A stretch of 64,000 nt of DNA from Epithemia pelagica (taxonomy: Eukaryota > Protista > Bacillariophyta). Location: contig OX337238.1 of NCBI GenBank assembly GCA_946965045.2, positions 1,488,001-1,552,000 of the forward strand, given 5' to 3'. A program made the position numbers and the translations under genes. Numbering within the stretch: the first letter of the stretch is position 1; each line of letters begins with the position of its first letter. Positions 55,244-64,000 of this stretch are shown here, one piece after another. The notes under the pieces were generated by a model that worked only from the letters and a program-made list of their open reading frames with translations, made no database searches and was not told the origin of the DNA.

Positions 55244-57112
55244 TTATATGCTGTAGGACCTATATATACGAATGAAGTTGTTGTATAGGTTGTAGATTTG
55301 TTTTTTGTTCGGAAGACGGCGGTCCTTATCAAGGCGTCTGACGGTGAAATCCATATGAGCGTCAGTGCATTTCCATCTAGTAGCTGGATTTTGTAACAAT
55401 TGGCCAAAGGAACCGAACATTGGATTGATGGCTTGCCATTCGTCTTTCGGTAGCCAAGATTCCAGGATGCAAGAGCCGAGATCAGGGTCGCTTATCGTTT
55501 TTGGGATCCAACCAAGGGCAATGGAACATCTCAGCACATGGACATCTGTTGGTATGCCGTCATTGCGGTCAAAGGCAAAATCTAACACGATGGTCGCTGT
55601 CTTGTACCCAATTCCATGAATTGTCACCAATTCATCCACGGTGATTGTAGAGGGGATAATCCCATTGTGATTTTGTAAAAAATAATCCGCTGCATTGACA
55701 ATGTTCTCTGCATTCTGGAAATACCGACCAGATTCAGATAGCAGTGAGCAAAGCATATCCATTCCAAAGTTTTGGGCGATTTCAATGGTGGCCTTGCTGG
55801 AAACAAAACCAGATTGAAAAATCCGAGGAACCAAAGTAGCCAGTTGCCTGTCGCTAGTGCTGGAGCTCATCAATATCACTACAAGGCACATGAAGGCACG
55901 GTCACAGTCTGCTGTTAGGTTGTCATCAATCCAACACCTCCAACTGTCCCGTGGAGATGATAATCCACAACTCAAGAAGTAGACATGTAAGGACTGCAAG
56001 TACCGAAGGTCCTCTGTCCATTTTTCAATTTCAACTGGCGTGTGAGAGGGTATTTTGGATTTGTTGTATCTTGGCATTCCTCCAGCCTTTGTCTTGGGTT
56101 TTTCGCCAGGCATATGCCTACCAGTGTTAAGATAACTAGTGGCCTGTCGAGCCTTTGAAGATTGTTGTATTAACGCTGCAGTGTGGGCATGTTGTCCACG
56201 TGTACAAATCCGGGGAGGAAAGTTTGGAGCTTTTGGTGTTGAAGGGGGGTTGCATAGAACATATTTGTCGGAGTTGTCGGCATCTGCTTGGGTGGGTGGG
56301 GAAGGGGAAGTGACAATAGTGTCACCCATAACATTGGCTTGGTCATTGTTCGCACAGTCAGGTTGATTTTCACAGGTATGGTCATTATCCTCCAGGGTGG
56401 GATGCATTTCACGGGCAACTTGTTGCAGGAGATATGATAGAGAGGGGGGATAAATAGGTTGTCCTTCAAGCATTTTGTTGTGTACCGAAATGGATGCATC
56501 CTCGCGAATCAGCCAGACAAGGAGAGCATCTGAAACATCTGATTCGGTAACTTCACTCTGATTGTTATGTGACAGATGATCCTCTACAAAAGAATGAGCG
56601 GCATCGTATGAATGGTCTTGATTTATAAGAAACGTAGGAGAACAAAAGCATAGAAGGGAAAGATAGGGGAGATCATCCTGTGGGGGAGAGACGTGATATC
56701 GTCGGGATATGTTGGTTGAGTTTGCTTGTGGAGAGTTGAGATTAGGCAATACACTGTGGTCAACCAGTAGCGACATAAGATGCAGGAAATGTCCCATGGA
56801 AATGGTTTGTTTGACTGCACATGTATGACTGGAGAGTTTGTTGAGAGGACCGGTGGAGTATCGGACATCTGCGTCTTCTCGAATCATCCATACAAGAATT
56901 GTGTCCTTTATGGCTTCGATTCTTGATTCAAAGGACTCCGAATCTGGTATAGAAATCTCTTGAGTGATAAACTCAAAAAAGGAAAAGGGAGCGTGTGTCA
57001 ATGCAACAATTGGTTGACAGGTAACTTCAAGAGAGATGGTTTCTTTGTCCATTCTTCCCAACTCTTCGGCATGATGGTTGCTTCTGTTTTTTGGTGTGTA
57101 GCCTGCAGCCAT
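55244..57112 (-). CDS. Endonuclease III-like HhH-GPD DNA glycosylase/AP lyase with long N-terminal extension (622 aa), cargo of the hAT
   Basis: FMCLVVILMSSSTSD..ELVTIHGIGYKTA (HhH, catalytic Lys)..GIPTDVHVLR (catalytic Asp)..LGW..WLPKDEWQAINPMFGSFGQ; no Cys4 Fe-S motif; uninterrupted ORF. Confidence 0.88.
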   Translation of the reverse strand: MAAGYTPKNRSNHHAEELGRMDKETISLEVTCQPIVALTHAPFSFFEFITQEISIPDSESFESRIEAIKDTILVWMIREDADVRYSTGPLNKLSSHTCAVKQTISMGHFLHLMSLLVDHSVLPNLNSPQANSTNISRRYHVSPPQDDLPYLSLLCFCSPTFLINQDHSYDAAHSFVEDHLSHNNQSEVTESDVSDALLVWLIREDASISVHNKMLEGQPIYPPSLSYLLQQVAREMHPTLEDNDHTCENQPDCANNDQANVMGDTIVTSPSPPTQADADNSDKYVLCNPPSTPKAPNFPPRICTRGQHAHTAALIQQSSKARQATSYLNTGRHMPGEKPKTKAGGMPRYNKSKIPSHTPVEIEKWTEDLRYLQSLHVYFLSCGLSSPRDSWRCWIDDNLTADCDRAFMCLVVILMSSSTSDRQLATLVPRIFQSGFVSSKATIEIAQNFGMDMLCSLLSESGRYFQNAENIVNAADYFLQNHNGIIPSTITVDELVTIHGIGYKTATIVLDFAFDRNDGIPTDVHVLRCSIALGWIPKTISDPDLGSCILESWLPKDEWQAINPMFGSFGQLLQNPATRWKCTDAHMDFTVRRLDKDRRLPNKKQIYNLYNNFIRIYRSYSI

Positions 57113-57259
57113 TGCACTTTTGGGTGTCGTAATCGAATACACTTTCTTGAAGGAATTATATTCTTAAATACAGAATGATATCACACAAGCAGGGGTGTGT
57201 GGGCGATGAGGAGTGGGCGATGGGTCGATACATGTATCGTAAGGAACGCTTAATTTCGT

Positions 57260-57668
57260 TCATTATTCGGGAATTGAAATGAAATTGAAGAGGGAATTGA
57301 GAATTCCATTGCAGGATAAACGGGAATTGAGCATTTCCATTCAATTTCCATATGGTGAGATTTGGGAATTGAGAATTCAATTCCATTCCGTGTGTATGTA
57401 GATCCGAAATTGATGATTCAATTTCATTCCTAAGATTCCATGGGAGGACTTGACCATTTCAATTCAATTTGAAATAATATTGTCGGTGAAATTTAATATT
57501 CTAATTCAATTGAATGGAAGTGCTATTCTAGAATTTTGTATTCTATTTTATTCGCATACTTTGGAGAGAGAAATTATGAATTCAAATTTCATTGCACAGT
57601 TTCCACGATTAGGAATTAATTATTTTTATTTCAATTCAAATACTTCATTTTGGAAATTCCAAACCCTG
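57260..57668. repeat. hAT right subterminal motif cluster and TIR
   Basis: Repeated GGGAATTG/AATTC motifs ending in GGAAATTCCAAACCCTG. Confidence 0.8.
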
Positions 57669-58409
57669 GTTGGAGGTTGGAGGTTGGAGGGGCCGATGGA
57701 TATTGGATAAAGCTTTAGGCTATGTGGGCTATGGAGTACGAGTAGTAGTCGTCAAAGTATTAGGAATTAGGAGTGCTCCTCATACTCGTACAAGAAAAAC
57801 TAATTTCAAAAGTGGGAGTGGGAAGTGGGAAGTGGGATCAGTATCTGTGATATGTGTGATACTGATACTCCTCTATTTGTGATATGAGATATGAGCTTAT
57901 AGCTTATAGGAGTAGCTAATAGCCTTCGTAGTTTGTAGCCGTATGCTCGTATTTCGCATTTTTCGCCAAGCCCTTACTGCAACATGCAATCTACCTATAC
58001 ACTACAAGATACAAGATACCATCAACCATCCTTCCGAATATGTCCCATTTTCTGTGATAAGTGTTGCCAGTGTAAGTTCTTGTTGTAGAGGCAAACGATG
58101 CAATCGCCACTTTTTAGAGGGTTGTGTTTGTGTTGTTATGGTGTTACATATCTCGGTGTTTTGACGTATGCCATCTCGTGTTGTGCCGATGGTCGTAATT
58201 CGTAATTCAAGCATCTTGGCTGCTCCTTAGAGCTTAACCTGTTCGTTCGATACAGAAAAAGAATCCGCTGTCGCGATTCGCGACTCGGATGAGGGTAGAT
58301 AATATATGACTGCCTCATCTTCTGACTTCATATTTTTCCATCTTCCTCTTCATGATGGCGGCGATCTGACAGTCTTCACATCAAACCCACTGTACCCAAA
58401 AGAAAAAGA

Positions 58410-59327
58410 ATGGAAGTCATCCGCCACCTGAACAATTGCGCTGTCCGAATCATGCATCAAAGCAACTTGGTTGAGTGCAAAACTCTGCTTACCAATGCCC
58501 TTGAGCGCTTGAAAGAATATCATGACCAGCAACAACTCGAGAAAAACACTGGTATTTCTTCCTCTTCGAATGTGATCAAAGACCCAAAGTGTTGCGAACA
58601 CTCACTACCTTGTCAACAATGGCAGGTTGAAAGGGTTGTTCTTTGGTCCATAAGAGGCCGTTGCCATGAACTCGAAGATTTACACTCTGCACGGTATGAC
58701 TACCATGAAGAGGACGAAACCTTTCGTGCCCTTGCCAACCAGGCCATGAATCAAGGCTTCAAGGAAGACGGTTTTCCTCTGTACGCTCGTCCGTTTGTTT
58801 TCGATTTCGAGATCCCACTCGCTACCTCTGGTGGATCCAGTTTGTTGCTTTGTATGATGGACCCATGGAGTACTTCGCCATCTCAAACGACACTTTGTGT
58901 TGCGGCGTGTCTGTACAATCTGGCATTGGCCAACCATTTGGAGTACCGAAAATATAGACAAGAAAGAGGAACCCGATCCAGTCCAACCAATGGCATGGTC
59001 CCTAGCTCTCGAGACAATGCATTCGTGGACGAGTTGCTTGAACGTGCATTGTCCTTGTACGAAATTGCCTATCAGATTTTAGCCCACTGGAGTCCTGTGC
59101 CTTCGAGTGATCATTCCGCCATGATTCTCGTCTTGGCAGTTTGCAACAACCTTGCTTCGGTCCATCACAGTTTGGGCAATTTGGAAGCCTCACGACAATG
59201 GAAACAGCAATTGTCTTTGGTCTTTCACTTGTGCAATGAAATCAATGTCCATGATCACGAAAGCATGGGATTCTTTTACTTTACCTCCCATTTACTTCCC
59301 GACTTTTGTGCCGCCCGCGCTGCGTAA
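58410..59327 (+). CDS. Hypothetical TPR-like helical protein
   Basis: 305-aa ORF: LNNCAVRIM..ACLYNLALANHL..LERALSLYEIAYQIL..LAVCNNLASVHHSLG. Confidence 0.65.
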   Translation: MEVIRHLNNCAVRIMHQSNLVECKTLLTNALERLKEYHDQQQLEKNTGISSSSNVIKDPKCCEHSLPCQQWQVERVVLWSIRGRCHELEDLHSARYDYHEEDETFRALANQAMNQGFKEDGFPLYARPFVFDFEIPLATSGGSSLLLCMMDPWSTSPSQTTLCVAACLYNLALANHLEYRKYRQERGTRSSPTNGMVPSSRDNAFVDELLERALSLYEIAYQILAHWSPVPSSDHSAMILVLAVCNNLASVHHSLGNLEASRQWKQQLSLVFHLCNEINVHDHESMGFFYFTSHLLPDFCAARAA

Positions 59328-59617
59328 AGAGGCAAATGGGCCATGGGGGTACGCCACCAGGAACCACATACACACATATATATACATGTTTTTCATGCAG
59401 CCAGTAGAGTGCTCGTGAAGAAGATCCTTTTCTCCTCTCTTGCATATTCATCACCATCGGTTGTCACCAATGATAGATTCTCAAAATGAGCCTAGCGTAG
59501 GAGATAACTCATGCGTGGATGATAGAGTCTTGTGACATGATCATTGTTACGTAGAACTTTTTCTTTCTATCGCTTGTCCGTTCGTTTCTCAATTTCGTCG
59601 TCTTTTGTGTCATGATA

Positions 59618-60403
59618 CTACTTTGAGATGTCTTGGGATTCTTGCTGTCGTTGCCGTTGTTGTTGATGTTGGAGCCAGAGTTGAAGCAAGCCATCGACAA
59701 GAGAAAGAACAAGATTGCCGAGGGTGGAAATGAACAAGACGAGTAACAGCGTTCGACAAAACCCCTTGGAGGTGATAATGTTGAGATAATGTGGATTGGT
59801 CACCACGCGAGAAACCAATCGAGGCAACCACGGCCGATGTTCTTGGGTCCACCAATGGACGACGTATTCCGTCAAGAGTGGTGCACCGACAAGGGTGACC
59901 ATTTTAAAGGCGACAACCCGTGACAAGGCTCGTTCCAACAACAAGGTGGCCAAGGGGAGAAACTCCTCGCGATCCAAGGTTCCTGTTCGATCCGAGTCTG
60001 TCACGGAAAACAAGGCATGAACGTTTTCACGAGACGGTGGAGGAATGGGTGCTTGTCGATTGACCATGACGTATAATTTCAATGTTAATTCGTACACTTC
60101 GTCCAGGGTCATGCTTCCATCCTTATTCAAATCGGCCGCATCAAACACTTGTTCTGTCCAACGACGCAACCATGCGGCACCACCAGGAGAACTGGACACG
60201 ACACCTGACTTTTGTTGCTGGTGTGTCAAGGATCCTAATTCACGAGAAGACGAGTATGGACTGCCCTTGGTTCGTTGGTTTTGTTGTTGTTTCGGTACTC
60301 TTGCTCCCGATTTCTTGACAAAGGCGGCAGCCTCCGACGAAAAGACGCTGGATCCCAACAGAAGGGTCAGAAAAGACAACCACATAACGCAAGACAACTT
60401 CAT
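59618..60403 (-). CDS. Two-EF-hand membrane protein with signal peptide and ASAF-like motif (probably plastid-targeted)
   Basis: MKLSCVMWLSFLTLLLGSSVFSSEAAAF; DLNKDGSMTLDE and DSDRTGTLDREE loops; hydrophobic C-terminal helices. Confidence 0.8.
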   Translation of the reverse strand: MKLSCVMWLSFLTLLLGSSVFSSEAAAFVKKSGARVPKQQQNQRTKGSPYSSSRELGSLTHQQQKSGVVSSSPGGAAWLRRWTEQVFDAADLNKDGSMTLDEVYELTLKLYVMVNRQAPIPPPSRENVHALFSVTDSDRTGTLDREEFLPLATLLLERALSRVVAFKMVTLVGAPLLTEYVVHWWTQEHRPWLPRLVSRVVTNPHYLNIITSKGFCRTLLLVLFISTLGNLVLSLVDGLLQLWLQHQQQRQRQQESQDISK

Positions 60404-61900
60404 GGTCGAATGAAAGAACAGGGAGCCCTTTGTGCTCGAAACGGAGCCCGGAAGTTGAGGGTATCCAAAATTATAGACAAAAAGTATCTTCGGTAATATC
60501 AGCGACTTAAACGCGACCCTACTAGCTTTCCTATGTATCCGTTTCTTACTAAGGGGGTAAGTTATCGGATGCGCGGAGCGGAGAAAGGCCAATCCAACCC
60601 GGATATAGAGCTTTCCTCCGCAAAATTTACATGCGGAGGAAGAGTGCGGGTGGAGCAAGGTTGGGAGCAAAACTGATTACCGATACCTTACGACACCTGA
60701 CCCCCGACCAGACTGCCCACTGGACCGATTCCCTCTGCTTCCTCCACAATGTCACCATCACACCCCCACCCCCACCCTTTCGCAAATCCCGTTGGCTACG
60801 CCTCAAGCCGCACGCCAAAACCAACTTTCTTACCGCATACCACATGGTTGCCCAATGTCGCCCAATGGACGACCGACGCATCCACCCCACTCTACCAGAC
60901 AACCAACACACCCTTCTGGAAGCTGCTCCTGTATCTCGAGCCCCTTTTGCTCGGCCCGATCGCTCACACAACGTTCAGATCCATCACAACCGCCCTCAAA
61001 CACCGCATAGCCCTCCTCAAGCAAGGCCAAATCAAACTTCTGTACGAAACAATGTTTTCCCAGGACCCCACGATCTCACGCCGTCCCCACCACCACCACA
61101 ACCACGACCCCAACTTCCCCACCCCTTCATCCATGGCACCATATGCCCAACAAGCCGCCGACGCCCACAACCTACGCTCTGCCCTCCGCCGTCTCAACAC
61201 CACCCAGCCCGTTGCAACCCTCACACCCGCTCGCACAGCTAACATCCAGAACACCCTCGACCCCGAACACCTCGACCCACCACCAAACACACGTCACGCC
61301 TCCACCCAACCCCACTCCAACCCGATACACATCACCGATGCCACATTTGTTCACACAATGCACAAGTTAAGCAAAGGCACTGCAGGGGGGGCCTTTGCAA
61401 ACACCTCCAAGCATATGCGCTCCACCTCTCCACGCGCCACCCGGCCGCAGACCGACCCGTCCTTAACAACACCAAAGCTTTGATCACCCTTGTCCTTCAC
61501 AACAACCTCCCCTCTCCAATCTGGACCATCATTGCCTCCAACCACTTCTTTGCCTTACACAAGGATCTGGCAAACATCCCTGAAAACCTCTGCCCCATCG
61601 GCATCGGAACAGCCATCCGACGCGCCGCCGCAACTCTTGCCCTGACCCACCTATCCGACACCATCGACACCCTCCTCGCCCAACACGGGCAATATGGCAT
61701 CCAGACGCAAGGCGGCGTCGACTTTGCCGCGCACATCACCCAGGCCCAAGTCGACCGTTTCATCTACAACCCCAACTGCCCGACCCGTGTCCTCTTACTC
61801 TTGGACCTCCGTAACATGTTGAGCGCGAGACCTCCGTAACATGTTCAACGCCACCTCGCGCTCCCGTTGTCGCCAGTTCCTTCTTCGATACGAAGCCACC

Positions 61901-62098
61901 AAACCCCTGCTCCCTCTCTTCGACCTGCTCTACTCCAACCCCAACCAAAACTGGTACTTTGATGATAAACCCCTGCTCCCTCTCTTCGACCTGCTCTACT
62001 CCAACCCCAACCAAAACTGGTACTTTGATGATAAACCCCTGCTCCCTCTCTTCGACCTGCCCTACTCCAACCCCAACCAAAACTGGTACTTTGACGAT
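61901..62098. repeat. Tandem repeat, 3 x 66 bp (in frame, KPLLPLFDLLYSNPNQNWYFDD) inside the RT
   Basis: Units start at 61901, 61967 and 62033. Confidence 0.95.
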
Positions 62099-63091
62099 GA
62101 CGACCACCCGTCCTTCTTCCTCCAGGAGGAGGGCTTCTCCCAAGGCTGCCCCCTCAGCCCCTTCTTCTCCTGTCTCGTACTCCTCGCCCTCACCTCCGTC
62201 ATCAACGACCGACTCGCCGCCCGCGCCAAACAACGCCTTCTTCAAAATGCCCAACCCGGAGACGACGGCCACGGCTCACGTTGCCACACCGCGTCCATGA
62301 TGGGCCTGCCTTTTTGCGACCTCCCATACTTCCTCCAGGAATTCACCAAACTTGGTAAACCACTAGGTATCCACCTGAACCATACCAAGAGACCTTCCTC
62401 AACCCTTCCACCCCCACTTCGGCCGAAATTGTTTCCGGCACCCGCTTCCTCGGCCAACCCATTGGCAACGTGACCTTTCGCCGCCAATTCATCCGCGACA
62501 AAATCGACCATCTAGCCGCCCGCCTCGCCGCCATCAGTACCCTACCCGATGCCCAAACCAAGTCCCTCCTTTTCCACGATGGCGCTATCTCCTCCATCCA
62601 GCATCTCCTCGCCACAGACCTTGCAGCCCACCTCCAACAACTCAACCACTCTTCCTCTCCACTCTGGTCCAGCCCCAACACCGAGGCCCTGGACACCATT
62701 GCCACCGACTTTCTCAAACATCTCTGCAATGTACAGTCTATCCCTCAATACTCGCTTCTCATCGCTGGCCTTTCCGATCGCTTTGGCAGTCTCGGCTACC
62801 ACTCTTGTGCTACCGTCGCCATCCCCGCCCTCCTAAACACCGTCGCCCGCTCCTACCAACTCGCCAACCGCCCGTCTCTCAACCTCCCACCCGCACACTC
62901 AGCAGTTTTCGCACCTGGAACCCAGATACCATCCCCCTTTTGCAGGCCTTCTCCACTGCCCGTTCCCTCCTTTCCCGCCAAGCCACCCCTCCACCTTTCC
63001 CTCTAGACCTCCCCACACAATACCCGGCAGATTGCATGCGCCAACTCACCCACGACATTGAGCTGGAACACGTCCTCCCGGCCATCGTACA

Positions 63092-63417
63092 CTCCACCCC
63101 ACCGACCCTCCGACCATCCCTCCCCTCTACCCTCACCCCCCTCACCAGTCACCCTCTACATCAACCCCGTTGCTATCGTCCCTTCCGCCTTTCCTCTCCC
63201 ATCTTCTCCATCACCGATGCCCGCAAACTCCGTCTCCCCTTCCTCCCTTCAACCTCCACCCCACCGACCCTACGACCATCCCTCCCCTCCGCCCTCACCC
63301 CCCTCACCAGTCACACTCTACATCAACCCCGTTGCTATCGTCCCTTCCGCCTTTCCTCTCCCATCTTCTCCATCACCGATGCCCGCAAACTCCGTCTCCC
63401 CTTCCTCCCTTCAACCT
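63092..63417. repeat. Tandem duplication, 2 x 162 bp, inside the retrotransposon
   Basis: CTCCACCCCACCGACCC..CCCTTCAACCT at 63092 and 63254. Confidence 0.9.
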
Positions 63418-64000
63418 TTCCTCCTCGCTGTCCCTGTCCCTTTCACCCCACTCTTGATCTCTATGGAGACCACCTCTTTTCTTGTACTCGGCAAAACAAA
63501 ATCAAAATGTCTAACAAACTCCGTGACGCTCTTTTCTCCCTCCTTCAGGAAATTGCTCCCCAAGCACACGTCGTCCGTACCCTGGCCAATATCCACATTG
63601 AACCTCCTGACCTCCTTCCCCAGCACCCACGCTCTGTTCGCCAGGCCGACATTGGCGTCGCCCCACCCCTCTCGAGACCCACCAATATCTTGCCATCTAT
63701 GTCACCGTCCCCCCTCCCCCACCTCACGTCGCCGTTGCCTTCGACCCCGCCGCAGCAGACGACACCCATCTCCCGTGTTTGCATGGTCGATCGTTCCAAA
63801 ATATTGCACAGGTTGCCTCTCAGATCCACCACACTTCCGCACCGCAGAAATTTACCCACGACCTTCTCACAACCGACCTCCTCAACCACACCGGCATCTT
63901 TCTTCTTCCGTTTACTGTCGACCATCTCGGTGGTCTGGGAAATTTTGCCCATCGGCTTCTCTTCGACCCCGACCCACTCCTCACCTCTTTCTCTCCAAAC

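Larger units (their letters stand above)
48723..57668 (+). mobile_element. Complete hAT DNA transposon, 8,946 bp, with HhH-GPD glycosylase cargo
   Basis: TIRs CAGGGTTTTGAATTCC.. and ..GGAAATTCCAAACCCTG; flanking GTTGGAGG at 48715-48722 and 57669-57676; AATTCC/GGAATT-dense subterminal regions; internal hAT transposase. Confidence 0.93.
60672..64000 (+). mobile_element. Decayed non-LTR retrotransposon, RT + restriction-like endonuclease (CRE/Ambal-like); runs off the right edge
   Basis: Across frames: LCPIGIGTAIRR, GQYGIQTQGGVD, LLLLDLRNMFN, EGFSQGCPLSP (RT); IEPPDLLP..VRQADIG, LAIYVTV, FLLPFTVDHLGGLG (RLE). Strongly C-rich plus strand. Left boundary approximate. Confidence 0.8.

Noticed and set aside
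57950-58215. Ankyrin-like words (RLPLQ, GRLHVA) on the minus strand
   Set aside because: Too short and interrupted by stops; no full repeat pattern.
60627-63952. G/V/W-rich minus-strand ORFs
   Set aside because: Antisense by-products of the C-rich retrotransposon strand.
1-64000. Prokaryotic defence island or prophage interpretation (STAND ATPase, IS1595-like transposase, endonuclease III)
   Set aside because: Spliceosomal introns, including one inside the IS1595-like transposase, plus ESCRT, RBR and kinesin genes show a eukaryotic nuclear locus; no operons or Shine-Dalgarno pattern.

Overview
Eukaryotic nuclear DNA, most consistent with a pennate diatom (GT-AG and GC-AG introns of 70-110 nt, helicase-associated HA domains, LRR and STAND-ATPase families, bipartite plastid presequences, RxL motifs); the species cannot be assigned from sequence alone. 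Bases 1-35 kb are mostly host genes: STAND-type ATPase, RBR E3 ligase, two tandem Snf7 genes, LRR protein, flavodoxin-like protein, RRM protein, Cox20-like protein, a repeat-built secreted protein and a 2485-aa kinesin-like protein whose nucleotide-binding motifs are all degenerate. Bases 35-64 kb are a transposon graveyard: a STAND-ATPase pseudogene split by a ~4.2 kb Merlin/IS1595-type insertion, a nuclease-kinase pseudogene, a complete 8,946-bp hAT transposon and a decayed RT+RLE non-LTR retrotransposon. The standout is the hAT element (48723-57668). Between its TIRs it carries an intact, convergent endonuclease III-like (HhH-GPD) DNA glycosylase gene. Its own transposase is broken by a nested mariner, a 371-bp foldback insert and a 287-bp duplication; removing these three restores a single 1241-aa ORF.
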